Source: Octopus bimaculoides (Eukaryota). Taken from it: a stretch of 64,000 nt of DNA. This document shows, piece by piece, positions 24,267 to 37,344 of this stretch. The notes beneath the pieces were generated by a model. It ran no database searches and was not told where the DNA came from. It was given only the letters and a program-made list of their open reading frames with translations. Every line of letters starts with the position of its first letter. Within the stretch, counting starts at the first letter, position 1. Position numbers and translations under genes: made by a program. The stretch covers positions 72,762,729-72,826,728 of the forward strand of contig NC_068991.1 of assembly GCF_001194135.2 (NCBI RefSeq). Reading direction: 5' to 3'.

Positions 24267-27200
24267 CACACAAACTAAATCTTTTCGTATATCTTAATTC
24301 ACATTTTAAAAAGCTTAAGGTCATGGGTAAGCAAAACAATGAATGAATTTATCAGTGCAAATAAGTACAGCTAAATTTTGTTTGAATCACGTCCCAATAT
24401 CTAAATAAAAAACAATTTGCATTGTATTATCCAACAAAGAAAAATACAGTCTATTGAAATGTGATCATCTACTACATTCTTGACAGTAAAGAATTTTGGG
24501 AGATGATAGTGAAATAGTCGTTAGTATTCCATTTCAAACAGCAGACATCACATAAACACGTAAACGCACACAGAAAAACCTACTTTTGAACAGAATATGT
24601 ATTATTGAAATTTCAGAAGTACAACGAATGAAAAGAAATAAATATAATATCATAAAACTATATAAATAAAGAGCTGACTATGAATGTATGTATGAATATA
24701 TGGCGAAAAATCTATAATTATAAAAGGTTATATTCTTTGTTCTGAATAATAAATAAGAATTTGGATTTGAGCCATGAAACTTGTAATTGAATTGTGTATT
24801 ATTTTCTAATCATTTCTATTCCACTTGAATTTTCTTCGGTAATTTTCCAAGATTCCTCTGTAAACAAGCAGCAAGTCTTTACTTCCTCTCAAGTCTCCAA
24901 CAGCAGTATTTAGAATTTTATCCATAAAAAATAGGCTCATGGTATGTTATCTTCTCAGTTGTTCTGCGGAAATTTTGCAGAATTAATTTTGGCGGCACAG
25001 CGTACGTAAATGATATTTTATCAAAATACACTGGAAAGTCGATAGCAGCTGTTCATTTATAGAATCGCATGTCATTATGGACAGAAAAAAGGACCAGTTG
25101 CCCCAGTTTCAGTTTTTATAGAAATATCAGCAGTATATAAGTATTCGTCTCTGTATATTATCACTATCATNNNNNNNNNNTATATATTTATATACATTTT
25201 TATAAAGCTAAAAAAGAAACTGATTCAAACGACTCGGCTATAAACATGTGAAAATAGTTTGTCTTTGTTGTATTAGAGAGAAAGAGAAAATATATGAAAA
25301 AGGCGATTGTATATTGAGAGATTATTAAGAGAAAGGGAAAGAGAAGGTGTAAGGTGTGCGTAACATGAACTAACTTCAAAATCTCCAGTTACAATTAAGA
25401 TTACCGATGGTGAGTCTCGAAAATGAAACTTATTTATAATGGAAATGGCTAATGTTCCGGGACATTTTGTTTGCATTTCGGCGCGAAAACCAAAGCGGTT
25501 CTACTGAACTCGATCGATACCGTATCTCAGCTCTCGTTAGGCGTGTTGCTTATTTGTTTAGGCATTTTAGCGACTGCTGTTATAAAATTACCAAGTATTC
25601 TAATATTGGATAAACATCGAATCTAAAACTAAACAAAGATGGTGTAGGATCTATTTCTGGGAGTTATCTGCTACAGTTGTTTTGTTTCTGGTTATTAAAA
25701 TTGCAATACGGCTTCGATCGTAAGTAAGCATGTATAAAAATTCATACCCGTATGTTTAATAAACACACATTTATTTAGTTAAATTTTCTTTTAGCTCAAG
25801 ATACTACCTAATTTGTAACACACGCTTTGTTTCCTCATACTTTTCGGAAAGTAATAGCAGAAAGCAAATAAAACTTCCCCAAATTTTTCCAAAATATTGA
25901 AACCTGATTACGTATCTTTTTACTTGCCAACGTGAGACAAAAACACACAGAGACATACATACTCACGCACTCACTCTTGCACTCACTCAGACAGACACAT
26001 ATACATATACATTAGCACACATACATGAACACTCACTATTGCAAACATACAACTCTACATACACACATGAACACATATACACGTAACACTTAGTAATACA
26101 TAATGAAACAGAAGCAATTCTTGAAAAAGATATTTGAATATGAAAAACTCATATAATAGTGTTATACAAGAGAAAAAAAAAATTAGATCGACAATAAATA
26201 TCGAAAACAAAAAAATGAAGGGGAAATACATTGGGGTACAAAAACATTTAACCAATCAATTTCGATACAGAAATTGCAGACAGACAAATAACATAAATTT
26301 AGTATTTCTGTGAAAATAAATCCCGTGTTATATAACAGGACATTCGATAGAGAATCTAACCGACTGGTTGGCTCATTTCCCTTGGAGTAATGGAAGGGAC
26401 GTTATCATCGCTGGTAACTCTGTTGATTTGCAGCGATCGGAAGTGTTCTTACGCTTAGTATATTTGTGTTTACGGTGATGAATATGGTGGAGTAGAAAGG
26501 GTTAATTTTGGAGGCGAGTTATCTAATATGTGCAGCGTGGAGTTGGACGCCAAGTGGGCAGCAAATGGAAGCTTTCCCTGTGGATATACCGCCTACTGAA
26601 CCCCTATGATTAAGAAATATTGGAAAGAAGGATTTCACAAACATGATAGAGGTCCTTTTATTAAAGGACTAAAAGGATCGACTGAAAAGGAGAGACGGGA
26701 GAATTTGTGGGCTATCTTATGAATGGAAGCATCATTCGATGTTGGGACGATGGTCTTGCAGGAACTGCAGTTCATTCACTTTCCAGGAATGGGTGATTTA
26801 CTCCAGACACTGTAGGTTGTGTTCTTCACCTGAAATGCTACTACGCAGTTATCAACGGAAGTCAGCAAGAGCTCAAATATTTCTTGACTATGAAGAGAAA
26901 GGCCAGCGTTTGGAAAGTTGCTTATGTTACGTCATATACGTGGAGAGACTAAGAAAGATAACAAAAAAAAAAAAAAACTAGCATTGGTATAAGTTTTAAG
27001 GCTATTAACTGAGCGTGAATTGTATCGATGTGTCTTAGTATAAAGTGTTATTGTGTCTTTGTACCGTTGGAAGGGGCCAAAGTGTTAACTATCTATTGTT
27101 TCCGATAAATATCGAATGTGCTTTGTTAGCTTGTAATATCGGAATTAAATCTTTCTGTAGGCATGTGATGAATATGATAAATCTTCATTTCCCCCTTCCA

Positions 27201-27959
27201 GAACCGTTCTGCAAAGGCGATGCTTTCTGTGCCAATCGAAATACAATAAAACACCTCCAAATCTCTTTTTTTTTAGCATTCGTAGATGTTGTTTTGCAAA
27301 GCATGAACTATCTTAAGAGAACGCGAAGGAAAGAAAAAATCTATTACTAAACCTAATAAATAAATATATAAGAGAAGAAATGTATGACTCGAAGAAATAA
27401 ATCATAACCTGTTCGTTCAGTGAGAGACAGAGAGAGAAAAATATTGGGAAATGAAATTAATTTACCTCACACCAGTGAGAACAACTCGCATATAAATATA
27501 CTTCTATTAAAGAAAGGTATCAGAGAAAATTGCTTTCTATACGGATAATTCATTTCATCTCATGCTGACCACTTTATTTTTGTGGTTCTCTGATAGAGAA
27601 TTAAGTCAAAAACAGGACCAAAATATTATTCAGCAGCATCGCTTGAACATTTATAATACCTTAACTAATAATAGGTATATTTCTATTTCTTGACTTTTTC
27701 TCTGTAGCCAGTGGACGCAGACGGTTCCAAGTAATATGATAGATAATAAAATTGAAAGCTAATTAGCCCCCAATGACATCCATGGAGTCACATTTCTCTC
27801 CTTCTTTAATATTGGCAGGAGAATAAAAAAAAAAAGAAAAAAAGGTGAATATTTAATTAATTTTTTTATTTTTTTGCCAATATCATTTCATCAAATCAAT
27901 TCTTAGAATAATTCCAACTCTTTAACAGTTGGATAATCATATCTACTGTGGAAAGTTCA

Positions 27960-28333
27960 TCCGTTTTCTGTCTTTTGTTCTTTCTTCCTCTCCTCCATCC
28001 ATCCTTTCTTTCTTTCTTCCTTTCTTTCTTCCTTCTTTCCCTTCTTCAATCTCCGTTCCTTTCTCTTTCCTTCCTTTCCTCCATTCCTTCATCTCTTTAC
28101 TTCGTTCGTTCGTTCGTTCGTTCATTCGTTCGTTCGTTCGTTCGTTCCTTCTTTCCTTCCTTCGTTCCTTTATCTCTCTTTCTTTCTTTCCAGCTTACCT
28201 TTCTTTCCCTCCTTTCTTTTCTTCCGTATTTCTTTCCTTCATTCACTTCCCCTTCCTTCCTTCCTTCCTTCCTTCCTTCCTTCCTTCCTTCCTTCCTTCC
28301 CTTCTTTCTTTCTTCCTTCCTTCCTTCCTTCCT

Positions 28334-28384
<51 letters not shown>

Positions 28385-28405
28385 CTCCTCCCTTTCTCTT
28401 CTTTG
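27960..28405. repeat. About 440-bp polypyrimidine low-complexity tract (TTCC/TTTC/TTCG)
   Basis: Directly visible; explains ORFs 27929-28519. Confidence 0.95.
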
Positions 28406-29111
28406 ATATATTCTCGTATCTGCTATGTTTCTGTTATCGTTTCTAGTTTGTTTTTTGGAGTAAAGAGTTTTACCAACATAAGGCAGTCCTGGTTTAGAAC
28501 GAATGTTGCTGTAATTTAGCCCCAGGAGACATCGTCTCCAGCTGGTTATACGACACGATCTGTGTCCTTACATTTTCGAACAAGAGAACCTAGCGCCCCC
28601 ACTTTTTTAAAATTTATTATTTCATATCCGTCCTAGGCCATCTCACCTTCACAGTCATCTCCAATTTTCGTTTTCTATTTCCTATGCTGCTTGTAAATTC
28701 TGATGAAAAACCTCATGGGATGGAATCGTCAAGATCAGCTTTGTTCTATCAGCAATTCCTTAGAAAATAACTAAATTAGTTAAATCAACAATGATGATAA
28801 CAAACACTTAGTATTTTGGTTTTTAATATTAATTAATAAATGGAGGAAGTTTATGGTTCACTGTCTAACTCTTACTGCGTTGTTGAATATAAACTTCACA
28901 GACATAAGACACTTTCGACTTTATCCGTGTAAAGACTGTTTGAATTGAAAAATGTCCACGACGACCTCATCCGTAATAGGGAAATATCATAGGTTTTCAC
29001 GAAGGCTTCACCATTATAGGGTTTATCAGATAGAGAGATATCGCTGGTTTCTACATCGTTTAGAGAATATTCGAGAAATGTGTTTCTGGATAAAGCGTCG
29101 AAACTTTACCG

Positions 29112-29199
29112 TTATCTTTTATCTTTAACTTGTTTCGGACACTGGACTGCGGCCATGCTGGTGTATTACTTGAAAGGGTTTTAGTCGAANNNNNNNNNN

Positions 29200-29237
<38 letters not shown>

Positions 29238-29372
29238 GGTGGTATTTTTTCAGCTTCCGTCGACCAGATCTACTCACAAAGTTTTAGTCAACAAGGTTTT
29301 AGAAGACACTTGCCCAAGGTTCCACACAAGGGCACTGAACTCGGAACTATGAAGTAGGGAAGCAAATTTCTC
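29112..29372 (-). mobile_element. SINE family B, degenerate and gapped
   Basis: GGACTGCGGCCATGCTG tail and GAAGACACTTGCCCAAGG body. Confidence 0.7.
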
Positions 29373-30023
29373 ATGCTTGATTAATTGAGGCAGAGTGAAG
29401 TTGTTTCTGCTAGACCCCTCTGGAAGAAAAGCCTGAAAACTCTATTCTAAGGACCCTTTTAGGAATTGTGGGTGGAGAAGATGGACGAATGAAGCTAGTT
29501 TTGCATATTTAATGTTGTAAGTAGTGTTAGAAATACTTATGCAGTGAAGAAAATGGCAATGCTAGTGAAGGAACAACATTTTTTAATTGTAGGAAGTACA
29601 TGATATTCCTTCGGAATGAGGCTAATCCATGTTTGGAAGTGTCTTCTATTGTCGCGAGGATTAATGGATTATAGGCGTGAATAACTAATATTCCTTTTCT
29701 TCTCTCTCTAATTATTTCTCATTAGATATTCAATTAAATATGGTAAAAGTAACTTTACTATTATTTTCCTTTTGGATAGAAACTCTGGGCAATTTCTCTC
29801 TGTAAAATATTCTCTAAAATTTCGTTGTCGAGGGATAATGAGACAAATCTGGAGATACGAGTGCATGTCATCGAAGAGAAATCTGCCATCCTGAATGATT
29901 GATCGATCGAACGGTTGACATGAAGCAGTCAATTAGTTAACTGGTTAATTGATTAATTAGTAGAGTGTTAAGAATGTTTTCTTTATTATTTTCCATATTA
30001 TTTTCTTTATTGAATAAAAATTT

Positions 30024-30036
30024 AATAATAATAATG

Positions 30037-30085
<49 letters not shown>

Positions 30086-30128
30086 GAAGAAGAAGAAGAA
30101 GAAGAAGAAAAAGAAGAAGAAAAAGAAT
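30024..30128. repeat. (TAA)n(GAA)n microsatellite
   Basis: Directly visible. Confidence 0.95.
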
Positions 30129-31060
30129 AACAAGAGCTCTCAGAGAGCGCAAACCTCCATCAATGCAACACCAACGTCTTTTCAACGATTAACCGGAGAT
30201 TATTTTTAAAATGAGAATATCTGAAATAAAAAATCGACTGCTCTCACAAACGAGAATACTAAAAATAAACCCGACCGCTCTCAAACGGAAAAAATAATCC
30301 ATATACCTTGTCCGGTACCTGATCGACCCCAATGGGAGTCATGGAATGTGCAAGTGGGTGCGCAGGCCGTATTTGTAATGTTGTGTGTGTGTCGTCTGGG
30401 TAATGAAAATATTTGCATGACTTGAGCGCATACATGTCGATAAGTCTTTGGGAATCACTACGTAAAAGTTTGGGAAACGTTGGTTGAAATGCAACAGGAA
30501 CTTTGGTAGGGAAACGTAATTGAACATAAAAATTATAATTGTAATGAAATGCATACGGTATCGTGGTCTAAAATTCCGGTCTTCCTTTAGTAACCCTATT
30601 GTTTTAGATCGATGCATAGAATTATGTATATAAGTACACTGTAAAGTGTTAAAATGTATGTATAATCTCCTAATATAACAATGAGCGTTGTCTTTTTATA
30701 TATCTGTATATATATATNNNNNNNNNNNNNNNNNNNNNNNNNNNNNNNNNNNNNNNNNNNNNNNNNNNNNNNNNNNNNNNNNNNNNNNNNNNNNNNNNNN
30801 NNNNNNNNNNNNNNNNNNNNNNNNNNNNNNNNNNNNNNNNNNNNNNNNNNNNNNNNNNNNNNNNNNNNNNNNNNNNNNNNNNNNNNNNNNNNAGCCGGAG
30901 TGAAAGGTGAAGGTAGAGGAGATAAATGGTAAAGAAAGCATCGTATGAATGAGAAAGGAAGGGGTGATAGAAACGAAGGAAGGAGTGAAAAAGCCGATAA
31001 ACGGCGTTTGATGTGTGAGTATATGTGTGTGTAAAAGAGAGGTATGTTTGCGTGCATGTG

Positions 31061-31099
<39 letters not shown>

Positions 31100-31352
31100 C
31101 GTGTACAAAGGTACTATGTGAAACTTTACATATACATGTAATGTAGAGAAAATATAAAAAATAATCCAGTGTCCTTGTCTGGTACCGGATCGATCCCAAA
31201 ATCTAATCAGTTCGTTCCAGTCACGGGCCAAACATCCCTGAAAGTTTCATCCGAATCCATCCCGCAGTTCTTGAGATATCTTGTCCACGGACAAACAAAC
31301 AAATAAACACGACTGAAAAAGAATACCTCCACCTTAGCGAAGGCGGAGTTAA
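30129..31352 (-). mobile_element. DINE-1/Helentron-associated (HINE)-like non-autonomous element
   Basis: 5' stem-loop CTCCGCCTT-cgct-AAGGTGGAG, (GTTT)n, GGATTCGGATGAAACTT block; 3' GGAGGTTTGCGCTCTCTGAGAGCTCTTGTT hairpin ending in a T-rich target. Confidence 0.5.
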
Positions 31353-31360
31353 TAATCTGT

Positions 31361-32049
31361 CAATGTCTGAAAAAAGGAGACTTAAAAGGGCCCACTGAGG
31401 CATTAGTGTGCAGTGCTCAAAAATAAACTCTGAGAAGAAACTACTCCAAATATCACATTGATAAAAGCACTGACTCGCCACAGTGTAGGATGTGCTCTGA
31501 GAAGGGAGAAAGTATAAGTCATATTGTTAGTGCCGTAAGCTCGCACGACGCGAATATAAATGGAGACATGACAATGAGGTCAGATATGTCCATTGGTTGT
31601 TGTGCGGTGAAGCAAACCTCGAGAGAGACGAACGATGGTATGAACACAAGACGGAGGGAGTAATGGAAAACGAACATTACAAAATACTCTGTGATTTTAA
31701 CATCCTGTACGACTAAGTCATAGAGGCGAGACAACCAGATATCGTGCTCGTCCATCAAGATGAAAAAGAAGTAAAGATAATAGATGTTGCAATACCAGGC
31801 GATTTGAGGGTGAAATGTAAGGAAACAGAAAAGATTGAGAAATACCAGCCACTGTGGGACGAGATAGGAAAGTTATGGTGCATGAATAAAGTAATGGTGA
31901 TACCGGTGGTAATTGGAGCATTAGGAGCAGTTTCCAAGGGTTTTGAAAAGCATATGAAGAATATTGGAACTGCTCTCAGGGTCGAAGTCATCCAGAAGAC
32001 AGCAGTGTTGGGTACAGCTTGCATTCTAAGGAGAGTATTGTCTCTTTGA
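31361..32049 (+). pseudogene. 5'-truncated R4/Dong-clade LINE: Zn-knuckle plus restriction-like endonuclease
   Basis: KKGDLKGPTEALVCSAQ, CRMCSEKGESISHIVS, RHDN, WYEHK, QPDIV, IIDVAIPGD, KIEKY, VIPVVIGALG, TACILRRVLSL*; a few stops and frameshifts. Confidence 0.9.
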
Positions 32050-32150
32050 GTCACAGGAGAAGGGACTACTTGAAACCTTTGCCTAATTTCAAGTAAAGAA
32101 TAACCGGTAATTAAGCTTTCATAAAAAAAAAAATCAAATAAAAACAAATC

Positions 32151-32345
32151 ATAATCGTCTCTAAGATAGGCACAAAGCCTGAAACTTTGAAAGAGCCAAT
32201 TACTGTACCATATCGACGCCAGCACGTAACTGGTTCATAATTTATCGACCGTCGAAAGGATGAAAGCAAAGTCGACTATGGCTGAATTTGAAATCAGAAC
32301 GTAAAAGTGGACAAAATGCCCCAAAGCATTTTGACCGTCGCCTTC
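32151..32345 (-). mobile_element. SINE family A, degenerate
   Basis: GAAAGGATGAAAGCAAAGTCGAC body. Confidence 0.75.
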
Positions 32346-33313
32346 ATATTAATAAAGTGAATTAGAACCAGTTCGAGTTTTATCTTTATTGGTATACAAT
32401 AACAGACTGTAAAATACTTTAGAAATAATTAACATAAGCTTAATTTCAATGTTTTTCTCAAGATCGTATTGCGCGGCCTACAGCAGAATATCAAATCCTG
32501 TGATTCGATCTACGTTACTCACACGTAAGTCGAGGCACCGATTATAAAGATTTTATAGGATATAAAAAGCAAAAAAACCCCAAAAAACAACAACAACAGC
32601 ATAATATAGTGGAAGCTGTTGATCATGTTCACTTTTGGAAGACCTTGCGCAAATAATAGCCGACTGATTATCTCAAGACGAAGATGTCGCAGTATCAGAA
32701 TCTTTGATTCTAAAAAGAGAATTACATAGATTTTCCTTTTTAAAAAGTGTTTGAAGTCCGTTAATTTTTAAATCAATAACCGTTTGATAATTCTATCTGT
32801 GATTATGAAAATCGACTTCCTCTCTCTCACTCTTCTTGTCTTTTCCATATCTATGCATCGTACAATTGTATACATATATATCCATATANNNNNNNNNNTA
32901 TATGCATGTATAGGTCCAGGCTATCAAAGATAGAGAAATCCAGGGATTGTTTTTGTCAGACACGTTCCTGACAATCTTCAAATATTCGCACAGATTTCAC
33001 ATTTATATATAAAAAGAATTGAGTGAGCAAGTTCTTTTATTGCATTAATTTACAATTGTTTCATCGGTTTTGATCGCACGAATATAGCTATATCATGCAA
33101 TAATACATGCAATCATTGATTTACGAAGTGTCTTTGATACAAATCGATAGAACTTTTATGCATTACTCTGAGTGATCGAATATTCGATGCGTGTTAATAA
33201 CACGTCATGCATTAATAGCTGCATACATTATTGCATATTTATAAGATCGAACTCTGATGAAATAATTATAAATTAATGTAAACAAGGTCTTGCTCATTTC
33301 ATTCTTATTGTTA

Positions 33314-33382
<69 letters not shown>

Positions 33383-33484
33383 CATGTATATACACATATA
33401 TACATACATGAATACATAAACGTTTCCCTAACTAGCGCTCGTTTTCTTTAGCTTTGTATTTACAGTTGATTCTATAACATTGTT

Positions 33485-33679
33485 TTTATTCTTTTACTTG
33501 TTTCAGTCATAGGACCACCTAAGCCATCCTGGGGGATGAAGGGTATAATTGATTAGATCTACCATTGTACGTATTTCCAAAGTCTGGTACTTTATTCTAC
33601 CGAATCAGTTACAACCAAACAAACCAGCAGCGCTTGTCAAGCGGCATACGGGGATCAAATTCAAAAACAAGCACTCACA
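33485..33679 (-). mobile_element. SINE family B 3' fragment
   Basis: TTTTACTTGTTTCAGTCAT tail. Confidence 0.6.
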
Positions 33680-33681
33680 TA

Positions 33682-33770
33682 CGAGGGGGTACCCTCAGGT
33701 AACCGGACACGTTCTTTGTAGGATAAATCTGTTGTAGTTCAGGCTTCCATCGCTAGAAACCACTTGACGG
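33682..33770 (+). mobile_element. mariner-type terminal fragment
   Basis: TA|CGAGGGGGTACCCTCAGGTAACCGGAC resembles mariner TIRs (TA-CGAGGGG). Confidence 0.55.
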
Positions 33771-33771
33771 T

Positions 33772-33840
33772 GGGTATCGTTACTTTTCCATCCTCCTGCA
33801 TAACTTTACTTGGTACATGCTCATACCAGTTGTGAGCTCA
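33772..33840 (-). pseudogene. Small R4/Dong-clade fragment
   Basis: HNWYEHVPSKVMQEDGKVTI, homologous to WYEHKTEGVMENEHYKIL in 31361-32049. Confidence 0.6.
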
Positions 33841-34597
33841 TCAGTACAACATAACTTGGCATCATGAAATTCGTTGGTCTATTTTCATTTAAAACCTTTA
33901 GGAATCATAAACGATTGATTTCCTTTTCTAAAATACACTAATATTTATTCCAGTCACCGTTTAATAACATTATCCGTATCTATTATAAGCCGCTTCTACT
34001 GTATGATTCCTTCGTATGATTCTTCCCACATTTCTGTTGTCAATTATTATTGAGTTCATTAATAAATGAAAGATTAAAGTTTGGGTATCTGGAGAGATGG
34101 GTCAATAAAATTACCAGACGGACAGTCTTCTTCGCGGTATTCCCTTGTGTCAAAAGCCCAATATACTTTCAGCTTTAACACAAATTCAGCTCGGATGGAA
34201 TGAATTATATACATATTATTAACTATGTTATGAAGCCGCATTAATAAGAGTGAAGAATTCAGAAGCGCTTCATTTGCTTTAAGTTAATGAATTCGCTTTC
34301 TCGTTCCCAGGGATATAGTTTGGAGAGTGACAATCCTTGTGAACCTTACTTGTTTAGATACACGAGATATTCATTCAGTGTTGAAGTCCACGATTTAAAC
34401 TTTTTGAGGAACTCACGAATAAATATTATTCAGCACAGCTGTTGTAGTGAAACTGTGTAGCATATAACAGCTAATTTGATATTTTCCGCGCCAGCTTTCT
34501 GTTAAAATTTTGAACAGCTTTAAAGTACGGTGATACTATTTCATATGTATTTCCTTATAAGGCGCAGAACCATACAGTCATTTTCCTTTGACTCGCA

Positions 34598-35000
34598 TAC
34601 TCTCTTTACTCTTTTACTCTTTTACTTGTTTCAGTCATTTGACTGCGGCCATCCTGGAGCACCGCCTTTAGTCGAGAAAATCGACCACAGGACTTATTCT
34701 TTGTAAGCCTAGTACTTATTCTATCGGTCTCTTTTTGCCGAACCGCTAAGTTACGGGGACGTAAACACACCAGCATCGGTTGTCAATCGATGGTGGGGGG
34801 ACAAACACAGACATGCAAACACACATACATATATATATATATACACATATATACGACGGGCTTCCTTCAGTTTCCGTCTACAAAATCCACTCACAAGGCT
34901 TTGGTCGGCCCGAGGCTATAGTAGAAGACACTTGCCCAAGATACCACGGAACCATGTAGTTGGTAAGCAAGCTACTTACCACACAGCCACTCCTGCGCCT
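34598..35000 (-). mobile_element. Young, near full-length SINE family B
   Basis: Head AGGCGCAGGAGTGGCTGTGTGGTAAG, internal (TA)n/(TG)n, (GAGTAAAA)n tail; small deletion in the B-box region. Confidence 0.9.
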
Positions 35001-35001
35001 A

Positions 35002-35230
35002 TGTCCCTCTCGTACAAAGGTAACCAAAGGTACCGAAACGCTTCCCCCCGGCCCCCGTGAAGCCGGGGCTCGAGATATCAGTGGGCCATCCCGAGTCGAG
35101 CGAAACCCCACCCCGCAGGACTGGTCACGGTCGGGACTGTCCTCGTAGTGCGAGCCGACCAACTCGGCGCCGGTCCGTAACTAGTTGCTGAAGATCCGCA
35201 TTGGCGTCGATCCCGGGACGGTATGGTAAC
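35002..35230. other. GC/CpG-rich structured island of unknown origin
   Basis: 120/180 G+C counted over 35041-35220; several stems (CCCCGGC/GCCGGGG, GCTCGA/TCGAGC, GGTCGG/CCGACC, CAACT/AGTTG). Confidence 0.8.
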
Positions 35231-35479
35231 ATAATTTATTTCATTTACAAATCAGGCTAAGCTAAAATAATCCAGTATTACACATTACAACAGTACACAA
35301 TACAATCATATCACTAAGATGTTAGCAGGGAAACATTGGTCGAATATAAAATGCTGAAATAATGTTTTTTCAGACCACCGGTAGACCCAATAATCTTACA
35401 ACAAATTACACAATTTATAGAAGACAACACTTCACATAAAGGGCGAATGAGCTTACAACACATCACTAGCGACAGCCCA

Positions 35480-35700
35480 CTACAAAAATAGGGGTTTCAA
35501 ATTTTGGTACAAGGCCTGCAATTTTAGGGAAGGGGACAAGGCAATTATATCGAATCCCAGCATTCAGTTTATTTTAGCGGTCACCGAAAGGATGAAAGAC
35601 AAAGTTTACCTGGACGGGATTTGAACTCATAACGTAAAGAGCCAGAAGAAATGTTACTGAATATTTTTCGGATTCTGTAACAATTCTGCCAGTTCGCTGC
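35480..35700 (-). mobile_element. SINE family A, degenerate
   Basis: CCGAAAGGATGAAAGACAAAG body; CAATTCTGCCAGTTCGCTGC head. Confidence 0.75.
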
Positions 35701-37344
35701 AAAAAAAAAACAATGCAAAAGTAAGGATAAAATATGTCCAAAAACACCGAAAGTCAATCAACGCAAAAACATATATTATAATGCGAGCAAAAAAGAAAAA
35801 AAATGAAATCAACAAAGAAAAAGCCCTCTTATGTAAACAAAAATATCGCCAGCTTGCATGCTTACTGCCGCGGAGATTTAACAATAGCAATAAATCAGTT
35901 TTAAACTGAAAACCACACATTTAAAAGAAAGAATTGAATATCCATTGAGAAAACTATAATATTTTTGTGGATTGCTTTGAAAAAGAAAGAGAATCAAAAT
36001 ATTGATAAACAACAGGTGAGAGTGCTTATAGGCTTTATCGATTATGACTCTTCTCAAATGTAATAACATTATCAAAAGGTAATAGATCTTCATAAAACCC
36101 TTCCCACCGTCAGAATGTCAAAATTTTGTCATGTTTTCTGCTTTGATTAGTTTCTGCATGCTGATAACGGAATTCGTAATTATTTTCTGTAGAAAAATAA
36201 CATTAAAGAAGTCTCAAACCTTCAAAGTTTAAAATTTTAGCCAATCAGGAGCCAAAGGCTTACCCTGACCTTAACCTTCTACCTTTATAATCACCCAGAA
36301 ATTTATAAATTCATTCCTGAAACGCTCGTTTAGCTCATTTTGTGAGATAAAAATGTTGTATTTGACGAAGAAACAAAAATATACAGCTTGCAGCATTTGT
36401 TCAAAGAACCTGGCCGGAAAGAAGATACAGACAACAGACGGTTATTGTTGCTGTTATGACAGCAACAGACGATAATGCTAATGCTGTTTCAATGAAAGCA
36501 GGTCTTTACGATATCCGGTATGTCAGCAATGGAGGTTTCCGTTTAGCTAAAATTTCAAACATTAAAAACTTGTAACAGTTTTATTGTCAAGTTCTGTAGA
36601 CAATGAATGTGGTTTTCGTCATCAACATTTAAAGGAACATCAGTGTAAAAAATGTGAAAAATTCTGGGAAAGAATTTATAATATCCATCTTAATTACTCA
36701 AACGCATTCATACAGGTGACAACCTATACTGATGTTGGTATCCTTTTATTTTACTGTTATTGAATTTGATTATAAAATGCGAGGTTTTCTTTAGAAACAA
36801 CGATTTTTGTTGCCTATTCCAACTCTCGATTTCTCTTTCTTACTCCTCTCTACAACGTGGTCATCGAATTACATGTTATACTGCATAGTAATGATTCTCA
36901 AAGTAGACAATACTGCTCCCTTGAAGAAAGATGGAAATGTTTTCATGGGTTCTGGCGACTGAGGAATCCTAAGGTGGACAAGTGATGCAATTGTATAGTT
37001 TCTAAGTAATTGCCTCCTATTTAAATTCTGACTTAATAAAAATTGAATATATTATAATGAACAGCTTGTTAACCACAATCACAACAACGGCAATAACAAT
37101 TACAATTATAAATCGGAATACGAAGATAAATTCTTACTGGTAGCAATGGAATAAAAGAATATGTAATACAAAGAATACATAACAGAGTGTTGCCGAAACT
37201 ATTTGTTAAAGGTTATTTGAAGCGGTGATATGTCAAAATTCGCTTACAGTAGGGTGATCCTGTGGTTAGTAGTGCATAACAGAAATAATACCTGGACGAA
37301 GTTAATGTGGCATGGCATTATGTGTCCACCACAAGATTCAGTCC

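Noticed and set aside
26420-26960. Possible Tx1/L1 3' relic
   Set aside because: Motifs too decayed to support.
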